Shown here piece after piece: positions 1 to 8,703 of a stretch of 64,000 nt of DNA (the first letter of the stretch is position 1; every line of letters starts with the position of its first letter). The notes beneath the pieces are model-generated. The model made no database searches. It was not told the DNA's origin and worked only from the letters and a program-made list of their open reading frames with translations. Source of the stretch: Vicinamibacteria bacterium (GTDB lineage: Bacteria; Acidobacteriota; Vicinamibacteria; Fen-336; JAGNNV01); assembly GCA_031412915.1 (NCBI GenBank), contig JANODX010000123.1, positions 61,182 to 125,181 on the forward strand. The letters are read 5' to 3'. A program made the translations under genes and the position numbers.

Positions 1-628
1 CCGATCGCATGAGTTGACGGAACGATTCCACCTGCTCGGCATCGAGGGCGCGGAAGTCATGAAGCGAATCGCCGAAGGTCTGATAGGGCTCCGCCTCCGA
101 GGGTTCGATCGAGGCGCGAATCCGGCTTCCCCGAATGCTTCGCACCACAAGGCGGACGCCGAAGCCGATGACGGCCAGGCGAAATCGAAATCGCTCCTGA
201 TAGCTGTTCAGAAGCTCGTGGAGCCACCGGGCGATCATGGCCAGGGATCGCGTCTCCGCGAGCTTGAACTGTGCCGGGGCCACGGGAGGCACGGGAACGA
301 TGGCTTCGGCCATTCGAGCGTAAACGGAGAGGGCGCGCAGCCGCCGGTGGCGGTCTTCGGCCGCCTCTTCGATGGTGTCAGCGGCGATCGCGAGCAGGCG
401 AACCGCCTCGTCATAGGAGAGGGAGGCCTTGCGCGTCAGGGCCAGACCATAGGCGTGGCTCGCTATCTCCGTGTCCTCGGCCAGACGGCTTCGGAGGGCC
501 TCCGTGGCCTTCTCCGCGCGCCCTGAGAGGACGAAACCCCAGCGCTTGAGGGCGCGGGTTCGGTCGAACCGGCCAAAGACCAGCACCACGACGGCCGCGG
601 CGACGGCCGCGAGGATGACCGGGGTCAC
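1..628 (-). CDS. hypothetical membrane-anchored protein (C-terminally truncated by window edge); last gene of GAF/Fis regulator operon
   Basis: Not in ORF track (runs off the edge). My manual minus-strand translation from GTG at 626-628 gives MTPVILAAVAAAVVVLVFGRFDRTRALKRWG... It stays open to position 1 with strong GC3 bias, unlike the antisense + ORF at 14..526. Its GTG start sits 1 nt after the upstream gene's TGA stop (ends 636). Confidence 0.55.
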   Translation of the reverse strand, partial: MTPVILAAVAAAVVVLVFGRFDRTRALKRWGFVLSGRAEKATEALRSRLAEDTEIASHAYGLALTRKASLSYDEAVRLLAIAADTIEEAAEDRHRRLRALSVYARMAEAIVPVPPVAPAQFKLAETRSLAMIARWLHELLNSYQERFRFRLAVIGFGVRLVVRSIRGSRIRASIEPSEAEPYQTFGDSLHDFRALDAEQVESFRQLMRS

Positions 629-635
629 TGCGGGC

Positions 636-1256
636 TCAGTCTTTCCGCCAGGCGGCGTAGGCCAGGTATGCAACCATGACATCGTAGGCCGCGGCATTCG
701 CCAGGTTCACTTCAGGAACTACCCCCCAGCCCTGGCGCCGGATGATGTCCACAAGGATGACGAACACAACCTGATAGGGAACGTACGCCATAACGATCGC
801 CTTCGTGAAAGCGGCAACCGGTATCTGGTACCAGACGATCAACAGCGAAACGCAGGTGAGGCACCAGACGCCCGCCGTGGTGACCGAAGGCTGATAGCGC
901 CAGAACTCCGAATACGCGGCCTGCGGGGTGAGAAGGAAGACGGCCGACGTGGAGACCAGGACCAGCCCCCCGAGGACCTTTCGAGCGCTGTCGGCAATGC
1001 CTCGAAACGCCGAAAACACCCGGAACGACAATTCGACAGACATGCCGAACAGAAGGGAGTCGTAGATGCCCTGCTTGGCCAAAAACGCGGCCGGCGTATA
1101 GCGGTTGGGAAAGAGTAGAAAAAAAGCCGTGAACCCTACCGAAGCAGCCATCAGCACCGAAAAGGAAACGCACGCCGTCGTCTTCCGCCTCCCGACAATC
1201 CCTAGAACCGCGGCGCCAGCGAGCCCGAGTCCAAGAAACGCAAGTGCTCGATGCAT
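636..1256 (-). CDS. polytopic membrane protein of unknown function
   Basis: 206-aa ORF with several hydrophobic helices; good GC3 bias. Lies between the regulator gene and the downstream membrane-anchored ORF on the same strand. Confidence 0.7.
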   Translation of the reverse strand: MHRALAFLGLGLAGAAVLGIVGRRKTTACVSFSVLMAASVGFTAFFLLFPNRYTPAAFLAKQGIYDSLLFGMSVELSFRVFSAFRGIADSARKVLGGLVLVSTSAVFLLTPQAAYSEFWRYQPSVTTAGVWCLTCVSLLIVWYQIPVAAFTKAIVMAYVPYQVVFVILVDIIRRQGWGVVPEVNLANAAAYDVMVAYLAYAAWRKD

Positions 1257-1278
1257 CCGTGGGCCGGTCCCCGCAGGG

Positions 1279-1869
1279 TCAGGCGGTCAAAGGCTTCGCC
1301 AGCCGCGGCACCTTCTTGCGCGCGATCCCAAACGCGGCGAGACGCATATAAAGCGTCCGTCTGGTGACCCCCAGTTCGCGAGAGACCCTGGCGATGTTCC
1401 AGTCGTTCTCTTCCAGGATACGGAGGATGTTGACGCGGTTGGCGTCGGCTCGATTGACGCTTTGAGCGCGGCTCGGGACAGTCTCGCCGAGGGCGCCCAC
1501 CGCCTTGGCCATTCCCAGCAGAAACGGGCGCAGTTCCTTCGCGTCCGCAGTACGCGGGTTCTCCAGATACACCCAGCCCAGGCGCGAATCACCGTCGCCC
1601 GTCACGGTGGCCAGAGCGAACCCGGGCGCCGAGACCACCTCGCCTTTGGCCAGCCGGGCGCGATGGTCCTGGAAGCGAATGGGCAGGCTCCCAAGACCAG
1701 CCAAAGACAGCCGGTACGAAAGGAACACACTCGCGTTGTCGCCCTGGGGCACGAGGACCGCCCCGCCTTCGGCTCCGGCGACATCGCACATCTTCGCCAA
1801 CAAACGATCGGCGGACCGGCGAGGGTCGTCGGCCACCAAGCTTTCAATCATTGATCCAAGTGAGTTCAT
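1279..1869 (-). CDS. GAF-domain transcriptional regulator with C-terminal Fis-type HTH
   Basis: C-terminus NILRILEENDWNIARVSRELGVTRRTLYMRL is a classic Fis/NtrC HTH_8 motif; the N-terminal ~150 aa is GAF-like. Confidence 0.8.
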   Translation of the reverse strand: MNSLGSMIESLVADDPRRSADRLLAKMCDVAGAEGGAVLVPQGDNASVFLSYRLSLAGLGSLPIRFQDHRARLAKGEVVSAPGFALATVTGDGDSRLGWVYLENPRTADAKELRPFLLGMAKAVGALGETVPSRAQSVNRADANRVNILRILEENDWNIARVSRELGVTRRTLYMRLAAFGIARKKVPRLAKPLTA

Positions 1870-1998
1870 AGGGCCGCAAGTCTGTCAAGAAAGGCTGGGA
1901 AAGACAAGACCTGAGTGTATACATACTGTATAGTGTCGTCAGTCGCCCGTTCTCCGCCCTCCAACACAGGGCACATCAAAAAAAGGGAAATCAAAGTC

Positions 1999-2145
1999 AT
2001 GCGAATCTTCTGGTCGATCTTCTTTCTTGGCTCACTCCTGCTCGTTGGCTTCGATGTCACAGAGCGGCGACAACTCGGCAACAGACCCCAGGCTTCCCCG
2101 GCGATAGCCGGAGACCCTTTGGGATTTCCAACACCAAACCAATAG
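1999..2145 (+). CDS. candidate small membrane protein (48 aa) in the long tkt/regulator intergenic region
   Basis: ATG at 1999, preceded by AAAGGGAAATCAAAGTC (AAGGGA about 10 nt upstream). Encodes MRIFWSIFFLGSLLLVGFDV... with one hydrophobic helix. GC3 is weak in the second half, so it may be non-coding. Confidence 0.25.
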   Translation: MRIFWSIFFLGSLLLVGFDVTERRQLGNRPQASPAIAGDPLGFPTPNQ

Positions 2146-2269
2146 GCAGATCGGCGGGGCTGGCCACGCCGTGCGCCGGACCCGCCATCTTGTTGTCATC
2201 ACGTCCCGCGGAGATTAGTGTTGCGCTTCGTTGCGGGAGACCGCAGCACTTCTTTCCCTGGGGATTTTG

Positions 2270-4333
2270 ATGACGACCACCGACGTAGACCAGCTTTCCG
2301 TAAATACCATCCGCACCCTGTCCATGGACGCGGTGCAACAGGCGAACTCCGGCCACCCGGGCACCCCCATGGCGATGGCGCCCGTCGCTTACACGCTCTG
2401 GCAGCGGCATCTGCGCTTCGATCCGAACCATCCAATCTGGCCGGACCGGGATCGTTTCGTTCTCTCGATGGGCCACGCTTCGATGCTGCTCTACTCGCTC
2501 CTGCATCTGGCGGGGGTGAAGGCGGTCAATCCAAAATACGAGACCCTGGGCGACCTGTCGGTGCCGCTCGACGACATCAAGCGGTTCCGCCAGCTCGACA
2601 GCCGTTGCCCCGGCCACCCGGAGTACCGCTGGACCTCGGGCATCGAAACGACGACCGGCCCGCTCGGGCAGGGCGTGGCCACCAGCGTCGGCATGGCCAT
2701 CGCTTCGAAGTGGCTGGCCTCCCGCTACAACAAACCCGGCTTCGAGATGTTCACCCACCGCGTCTATGCCATGGCGGGCGATGGTTGCATGATGGAAGGC
2801 ATCTCTCACGAGGCGGCGTCCCTCGCCGGCCACCTCCAACTCGACAACCTCTGCTGGATCTACGACAACAACAAGATCACCATCGAAGGCCACACCCACC
2901 TCGCCTTCAGCGAGGATGTGGCCACCCGCTTCATGGCCTACGGATGGAACGTAACCCGGGTGGGCGACGCCAACGATCTCGACATGCTCGATCGCGCCTA
3001 CCAGAACGCGAAGCAGACACAGGGGCGTCCGACCCTCATCATCGTGGACTCCCACATCGGCTACGGCGCTCCGACCAAGCAGGATTCGCACTCCGCTCAC
3101 GGCGAACCGCTCGGGGCCGCGGAGATCAAGGGCACCAAGCGCTTCTACGGCTGGCCCGAGGACGCGCAGTTCCTGGTTCCCCCCGAAGTCCCGGAGCACT
3201 TCGCCAGGAATATGGGCGCCCGCGGCGGCTCGCTCCGCAACGACTGGATCGCAAAACTGGCGGAGTACCGCAAAGCCAACCCGGGCCTCGCCGACGAACT
3301 CGACCGCATGCAGAAGCGGCAACTGCCGGAGGGCTGGGACAAGAACATACCGGTGTTCCCCACCGACGCCAAGGGCCTGGCCGGCCGCGATGCCTCCCAG
3401 AAGGTCCTGAACGCGCTGGCCCAGAGCGTGCCCTGGCTGCTGGGCGGCTCGGCTGATCTGGCCCCCTCCACCAAGACGCGGCTCACCTTCGAGGGCGCCG
3501 GCGACTTCCTCGCCGATTCCTATGGCGGCAGGAACTTCCACTTCGGCATTCGCGAACACGCGATGGGCGCGATCATGAACGGCCTGTCGCTCTCCAAGGT
3601 CCGGCCCTACGGCTCGGGCTTCCTGATCTTCAGCGACTACGGGCGCGCTCCCATTCGGCTCGCCGCGATCATGGAAATCCCGGTCATCTACGTGTTCACG
3701 CACGATTCCATCGGGGTGGGCGAAGATGGCCCGACCCACCAGCCGGTCGAACAGGTGCTCTCCCTGCGCGCCATCCCCGGCCTCATCACCATCCGTCCGG
3801 CCGACTCGAACGAGGTCGCGGAAGCGTGGCGATTCCTGATGCCCCAGAAGCACGAGCCGGTGGCTCTGATCCTCACCCGGCAGGCCTTGCCCACCCTGGA
3901 TCGCACGAAGTACGCAGCGGCCAGCGGATTGGCGAAGGGCGCTTACGTTCTTGCCGATGCTCCGGGCGGAAAGCCCGACGTCATCCTGATCGGCACGGGC
4001 AGCGAGGTTTCACTGTGCCTGCAGGCCTACGAGCAGCTCGCGAAGGATGGAGTCAAGAGCCGGGTGGTGAGCATGCCGTCGTGGGAACTCTTCGAGCATC
4101 AGTCTCAGGATTACCGCGATCAGGTTCTGCCGCCCTCGATCACCGCGCGCATTTCCGTGGAATTCGGCACGACCCTGGGGTGGAGCCAGTATGTCGGCAC
4201 GAAGGGCCAGGCCATCGGAATGAAGACCTTCGGCGCCTCGGCGCCCCTTCAGGAGTTGCAGAAGAAGTTCGGCTTCCGGATCGAGGACGTGGTCGCCGCG
4301 GCCAAGGCGCAGGTTTCGGGAGCGAAGGGCTGA
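2270..4333 (+). CDS. tkt: transketolase
   Basis: Unmistakable transketolase sequence (SGHPG, TPP-binding and C-terminal domains). ORF track starts at TTG 2231; the ATG at 2270 (MTTTDVDQLSVNTIR) is the likelier start. Confidence 0.95.
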   Translation: MTTTDVDQLSVNTIRTLSMDAVQQANSGHPGTPMAMAPVAYTLWQRHLRFDPNHPIWPDRDRFVLSMGHASMLLYSLLHLAGVKAVNPKYETLGDLSVPLDDIKRFRQLDSRCPGHPEYRWTSGIETTTGPLGQGVATSVGMAIASKWLASRYNKPGFEMFTHRVYAMAGDGCMMEGISHEAASLAGHLQLDNLCWIYDNNKITIEGHTHLAFSEDVATRFMAYGWNVTRVGDANDLDMLDRAYQNAKQTQGRPTLIIVDSHIGYGAPTKQDSHSAHGEPLGAAEIKGTKRFYGWPEDAQFLVPPEVPEHFARNMGARGGSLRNDWIAKLAEYRKANPGLADELDRMQKRQLPEGWDKNIPVFPTDAKGLAGRDASQKVLNALAQSVPWLLGGSADLAPSTKTRLTFEGAGDFLADSYGGRNFHFGIREHAMGAIMNGLSLSKVRPYGSGFLIFSDYGRAPIRLAAIMEIPVIYVFTHDSIGVGEDGPTHQPVEQVLSLRAIPGLITIRPADSNEVAEAWRFLMPQKHEPVALILTRQALPTLDRTKYAAASGLAKGAYVLADAPGGKPDVILIGTGSEVSLCLQAYEQLAKDGVKSRVVSMPSWELFEHQSQDYRDQVLPPSITARISVEFGTTLGWSQYVGTKGQAIGMKTFGASAPLQELQKKFGFRIEDVVAAAKAQVSGAKG

Positions 4334-4776
4334 TGCGCATCGTCGTCGGATCCGATCACGCGGGCTTCCTCCTCAAACAGGAGATCGCGGAAGCGCTTCG
4401 CAAAGAGGGCCATGACGTGGTCGATGTGGGCACCCACTCGACCGCCCCGGTCGACTATCCGGACTCGGCCGCCGCGGTCGGGCGCGCGGTGACCGAGGGA
4501 AGGGCCGAACGGGGCGTCTTGATCTGCGGCAGCGGGGTGGGCGCATCGGTCGCCGCGAACAAGGTCAAGGGCGTGCGGGCGGCCATCTGCCACGACACCT
4601 ATTCCGCGCACCAGGGCGTCGAGCACGACGACATGAACGTTCTGGTCCTGGGGGGAAGGATCGTCGGCCCCGCACTTGCCGGTGAGCTTGTCCGAGCGTT
4701 CGTGGGCGCACGGTATACCGCCGAGGAGCGGCACGCGCGGAGGCTCGCCAAGGTCACGGCCCTCGACAACCGATAG
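4333..4776 (+). CDS. rpiB: ribose-5-phosphate isomerase B
   Basis: MRIVVGSDHAGFLLKQEI...ICGSGVGASVAANKV...RIVG is the RpiB/LacAB family. Its ATG overlaps the tkt stop (TGATG), suggesting translational coupling. Confidence 0.9.
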   Translation: MRIVVGSDHAGFLLKQEIAEALRKEGHDVVDVGTHSTAPVDYPDSAAAVGRAVTEGRAERGVLICGSGVGASVAANKVKGVRAAICHDTYSAHQGVEHDDMNVLVLGGRIVGPALAGELVRAFVGARYTAEERHARRLAKVTALDNR

Positions 4777-4930
4777 AAGCGCGGGCCCCGCCACTCGCCC
4801 CGGGCACGAGCAGAGCCAGCCGGCCCAAGGAGGCGGGACGTCGGGGGCGAGTTTCTCGTGCCGTGGTTGGGGAAAGGCCGCTAGAATCCAGAGCCAACAC
4901 AGTCGACTATTCGACGGAGGCTTCAAGAAC

Positions 4931-5383
4931 ATGCGTCACGCCCTATCCATCCTCATTCTGCTGGCCGGCTCAACGGCGAGCCCGGCGCTCGACAAGGCCG
5001 CAGACCAGAAGAAGGCCCAGCAGGAAATCCAGGGCCTCCTGGCCCGCCTCACCGCTGCCGAGAACGCCGGCGATGCGGCGGCGGCGGCTCAGTGCTACGA
5101 GAGCGACGGTTTGCTGTTGCCCTCATCGGGCGAGCCCGTGAGGGGTCGAGAGGACATTACCAGGCGTTACGCCGCGATATTTGCCGGAAAGACCCCTCGG
5201 TCGCCGCTCGAGTCCGAGGAGCTTTGGGTGTTGGACGACCTGGCGGTCAGTCGCGGAGCCACAAAGGGGCCCGCACCTCGCCGAACCGTGCGGAACCGCT
5301 ACGTGATGACCCTCAAGCGTCACGGCGACGCGTGGGAGATTCACAGCCTCGTCTGGAACGCCGCGACCGCCGCCCTGAAGTAG
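4931..5383 (+). CDS. secreted NTF2/SnoaL-like (DUF4440-type) protein
   Basis: Signal peptide MRHALSILILLAGSTASPA, followed by an NTF2-like fold pattern (ITRRYAAIF..., ...WEIHSLVWN). Confidence 0.7.
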   Translation: MRHALSILILLAGSTASPALDKAADQKKAQQEIQGLLARLTAAENAGDAAAAAQCYESDGLLLPSSGEPVRGREDITRRYAAIFAGKTPRSPLESEELWVLDDLAVSRGATKGPAPRRTVRNRYVMTLKRHGDAWEIHSLVWNAATAALK

Positions 5384-5424
5384 TCCCCGAGGCCCGGGTC
5401 GCCCCGCGTCCCGCCCCCGGTTTC

Positions 5425-7170
5425 CTAGCGAATCTCAAAGCCGTAGGGAAGACGAGCCCACACCGTCCGCGACTGCTTCACAACCCTCGCGCGAAAACGG
5501 GCGGCCAGCGCTTCGGGCGAGAACGAGGCCTGGGCGCCCATGCCGTCCCATCCATCGGCGCTTTCGAACAGCCGATCGAAAGCGCCCTTCGGGGCGGGCA
5601 GGACGACCACGGCCACATCCTGAGCGGCCGCGAGTTTGGCCTTGTCCTTGGCCAGGGCCAGGGCGCGGTCGAAGCCGCCGAGTTCGTCCACCAGCCCGAC
5701 TCTCCTCGCTTCGGCACCCGTCCAGACACGCCCCTGCGCGATCTCGTGCACCGCGTCCACGTCCATGTGCCGATGCTCGGCCACCAGCGCCAGGAATCGA
5801 TCGTAGAACCGGGAGGCCAGGCCTTCGACCTTGGCCTGATCCTCGAGGGTCCACCGCCGCGAGGGGCTCGCGAACGATCCTCCCCGGCCGAAGTCGACGT
5901 AGTCGTTCGTGAGCCCGAGCTTTTCGAAGAGACCCTTCAGCACGAACTTGCCGAAGAACACGCCGATCGAGCCGGTGATGGTGGTAGGGCCGGCCACGAT
6001 GGCCGTCGCGGGCGCCGAGATGTAATAGCCGCCCGACGCGGCGTAATCGCCCATGCTCACAATGACCGGCTTTCGGGCCGCCGTGTTCTCGACTTCCCGG
6101 GCAATGACGTCGGAGGCCGAGCCGGAGCCGCCCGGAGAGTTCACTCTGAGAACAACCGCCTTGACCGAGTCGTCGGCCGTCGCATCCCTCAGCGCTTCGG
6201 CCACGGTGTCGGAGCCGGCCACCACGGAGGAGGCGAGACCCCCCCCTTGACTCTCCCCGGAGAGAATCTCGCCGTCGACGAAGATCAGAGCGATCTTTGG
6301 CCGGGTGTCGAAGACGCCGCCCTGGTCTCGAAAATCTCGGAGGTGACGGTGAGTTTCGCCCGCGGAGTCGAGCGCTTCTTCGGGATAGGCCAGTTTGTCC
6401 ACGAGTCCGGCATCGAGAGCCGAGGCGCCGTCGTAGGGGCCGGCTGAAATCAGTTCCTCGATCTCCGCTTCGGTCTTCTTCCTGGACTTGGACACCGCGG
6501 CGATGTACTCGTTGTAGAGACCGCCGACCAGGGACTCCATCTGTTCCCGGTGGGCCGCCGTGAACTTCTTCTCGGTGTACTGATTGGGCGCGTTCTTGTA
6601 CTTTCCCATCGCCACGAACTGGGCTTCGATCCCGAACTTGTCGAAGGCGCCCTTGAGAAACATCACCTCGGCCGAGAGGCCATGAATCTGCAGGATGGCT
6701 TCGGGCAGGACCACGATCTCGTCGGCCGCCGAGGCGATGTAGTACTCCATGTTGCCGCTGTCTTCGAGAAACGCGGTGATCTTCTTTCCCCTGGCGCGGA
6801 CCCGCAGGAGCGCGTCGCGGAGTTCGGCCGCGCGGGCCCAACCCAGATCGGCGGCCCCGATCCGGACGAAGACCGTCTTCAGATTCGGTTCGTTCGCGGC
6901 CCGGTCGATGGCTCGGATGACGCTCGGGAACGAGGGAGCGGTGTCTCCCGAAAACGACATCTGGAGGGTGGGCGAGGGATTCTCATCGAAAGCGCCGTCG
7001 AGCGATATCGACAGCACGTTCGAGTGACCGTCCGATTTTTCGTCCGAAGACGACAGCCCCTGCTGCTGGACAAAGTAGGCAAGCCCGCCGAGCACGGCGG
7101 CGGTGAAAGACCCCACGAGCACCAGGCCCACCGTGATCCAAAGAAAGCGTTTCCTGCGCGAGGTGGTCAT
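5425..7170 (-). CDS. sppA: signal peptide peptidase SppA (protease IV, 67K type)
   Basis: N-terminal TM, two ClpP/crotonase-like halves, and the motif SMGDYAASGGYYISAPATAIVAGPTTITGSIGV. Confidence 0.9.
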   Translation of the reverse strand: MTTSRRKRFLWITVGLVLVGSFTAAVLGGLAYFVQQQGLSSSDEKSDGHSNVLSISLDGAFDENPSPTLQMSFSGDTAPSFPSVIRAIDRAANEPNLKTVFVRIGAADLGWARAAELRDALLRVRARGKKITAFLEDSGNMEYYIASAADEIVVLPEAILQIHGLSAEVMFLKGAFDKFGIEAQFVAMGKYKNAPNQYTEKKFTAAHREQMESLVGGLYNEYIAAVSKSRKKTEAEIEELISAGPYDGASALDAGLVDKLAYPEEALDSAGETHRHLRDFRDQGGVFDTRPKIALIFVDGEILSGESQGGGLASSVVAGSDTVAEALRDATADDSVKAVVLRVNSPGGSGSASDVIAREVENTAARKPVIVSMGDYAASGGYYISAPATAIVAGPTTITGSIGVFFGKFVLKGLFEKLGLTNDYVDFGRGGSFASPSRRWTLEDQAKVEGLASRFYDRFLALVAEHRHMDVDAVHEIAQGRVWTGAEARRVGLVDELGGFDRALALAKDKAKLAAAQDVAVVVLPAPKGAFDRLFESADGWDGMGAQASFSPEALAARFRARVVKQSRTVWARLPYGFEIR

Positions 7171-7218
7171 GAGCGGGTCAATTCCTCTGTTCCTTCGGGC
7201 GCCGTCATCGCGACAGAC

Positions 7219-7938
7219 CTAGAGAGGTGCCAACTCGTCCACCTTCTTGCGCGCCTCCGGAGCGTAGGGGCTTTGGGGGTGCCGGTTGACGAGATCGGTG
7301 TAGGCCCGACGGGCTTCGAGCGCATCGCCCGAGGCCTCGAGAGACTCCGCGAGCCCGAAGAGAAGGCGGTCCTTGGGAAGGCCGGACGCCTCATCGGCGG
7401 ACAGGGTCTGGTAGAGAGAAGCGGCTTCTTTGAAGCGACCGGCTCGCAGCACGATTTCCGCGACGCGGAGACGGGCCATGGCGGGCTCGAGGGCGACCGG
7501 ATCGCGCAGGGCGGCGATCGGCTTGAGCGCCTGCTCGGCCTCGCTGAGCTTGCCGAGTTCGGCGAGGCACAGGGCCGAGTAGTAGCGAGCCCTTCGCCCC
7601 ACGGACATCGAGCCGTAGCTCGAGGCGACCTCATCGAACATGGTCTTGGCCTTTTGGAACTTGTCGTTTGCAGTCTTGAAGGTTTCCGCCGACCCGGGCG
7701 CTCCGGCGGCCGAGGCTCCGACCTCGGCGTGGAAAACCTCGGTGGCTCGGGCGAAGGCTGCTTCCGCCCTGGAGGCTCGGAATTTCTGGCCGTAGTAGAG
7801 GCCGAAGAGGACCAGGAAGAGGGCCAGGATCGCGAGCGCCGGCTTCACCACCTCCGCCCGTGAGAGGAAGGTGCGGGCCTCCTTGAGCGCGTCGCCCACT
7901 TCATCGCGACGCAGTTCGTTCTTGAGTTCCTTGTCCAA
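7219..7938 (-). CDS. TPR-repeat membrane-anchored protein (YfgM-like)
   Basis: N-terminal TM (PALAILALFLVLFGLYY) followed by TPR-like helical repeats. Confidence 0.7.
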   Translation of the reverse strand: MDKELKNELRRDEVGDALKEARTFLSRAEVVKPALAILALFLVLFGLYYGQKFRASRAEAAFARATEVFHAEVGASAAGAPGSAETFKTANDKFQKAKTMFDEVASSYGSMSVGRRARYYSALCLAELGKLSEAEQALKPIAALRDPVALEPAMARLRVAEIVLRAGRFKEAASLYQTLSADEASGLPKDRLLFGLAESLEASGDALEARRAYTDLVNRHPQSPYAPEARKKVDELAPL

Positions 7939-7966
7939 TGCCAGTCACCTGTGAGTTCGACGAATG

Positions 7967-8043
7967 TGGTGTGCCCGGAGGGACTTGAACCCCCAACCTT
8001 GAGCTTAGGATGCTCCTGCTCTATCCAGTTGAGCTACGGGCGC
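7967..8043 (-). tRNA. tRNA-Arg (anticodon CCT)
   Basis: Hand-folded cloverleaf on the minus strand: GCGCCCG-TA-GCTC-AACTGGATA-GAGC-A-GGAGC-ATCCTAA-GCTCA-AGGTT-GGGGG-TTCAAGT-CCCTC-CGGGCAC-A-CCA. T-loop TTCAAGT, U33, A37, CCA encoded. Caveats: one C:A mismatch at 2-71 and a G:A at 27-43. Confidence 0.75.
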
Positions 8044-8118
8044 GCGCGTGTGTGCGACGCTTCAGTTTACCCGCCCGGCGCGTCCCGAGAAGAGCCCGGT
8101 CGACATCTATCGGCGTCT

Positions 8119-8637
8119 TCAGTAGTGCAACACGCTGATAACGGGGTGAGGAGCGAGTCGGGAGCGGCCTTCGAGAGAGTCGAGTTCGATCAGAAACGCG
8201 AAGCCCGCCACCACGCCCGCCGAGCGACTCACCAGACGGCCGGCCGCCTCGGCGGTGCCGCCGGTGGCCAGAAGATCGTCCACGATCAGCGCCCTTTCCC
8301 CGGCAAGGAGAGCGTCTTCATGCATCTCCAGCGTGTCCTCCCCGTACTCGAGGGCGTACGTCTCCCGGACGGTGGCGCGCGGAAGTTTCCTCGGCTTGCG
8401 CATCGGAACGAAGCCACACTGCCGCTTTTGGGCGAGGGCGGCGCCGAAAATGAAGCCGCGGCTCTCGATGCCGACGATTCGCGTGTACGTGAGGCCCCGG
8501 GTGCATTGATCGAGTTGCTCGACCGCGGCCGCGAAGGCGAGGCCGTCGGCCAGCAGGGGGGTTATGTCCCGAAAGAGAATTCCCGGCTTGGGAAAATCCG
8601 GGACGTCGTGGATGAAGTCTTTCAGGTTGAGAGGCAT
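8119..8637 (-). CDS. apt: adenine phosphoribosyltransferase
   Basis: MPLNLKDFIHDVPDFPKPGILFRDITPLL...VDDLLATGGT is a canonical Apt/PRTase motif. Start set at the internal ATG (complement 8635-8637); the longer ORF-track N-terminus is not Apt-like. Confidence 0.9.
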   Translation of the reverse strand: MPLNLKDFIHDVPDFPKPGILFRDITPLLADGLAFAAAVEQLDQCTRGLTYTRIVGIESRGFIFGAALAQKRQCGFVPMRKPRKLPRATVRETYALEYGEDTLEMHEDALLAGERALIVDDLLATGGTAEAAGRLVSRSAGVVAGFAFLIELDSLEGRSRLAPHPVISVLHY

Positions 8638-8703
8638 GGTGCCGTGGATTCTATGACCGCGCCGACCTTGACCCCTGCTCGAACCGACAACTAACGTACG
8701 ACC

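Noticed and set aside
14-526. 170-aa + strand ORF at the window start
   Set aside because: Poor GC3 bias. The opposite strand reads as a convincing membrane-anchored protein continuing the minus-strand operon, so this one is antisense.
1913-1933. Possible LexA/SOS box (CTGTATA-containing palindrome)
   Set aside because: It does not fit CTGT-N8-ACAG or other known LexA consensus spacing. Reported only as a generic palindromic operator candidate.
2057-3853. 598-aa minus-strand ORF and 412-aa + ORF (2218..3456) overlapping tkt
   Set aside because: Antisense or out-of-frame shadows of transketolase; Arg/Gly/Pro-rich low complexity.
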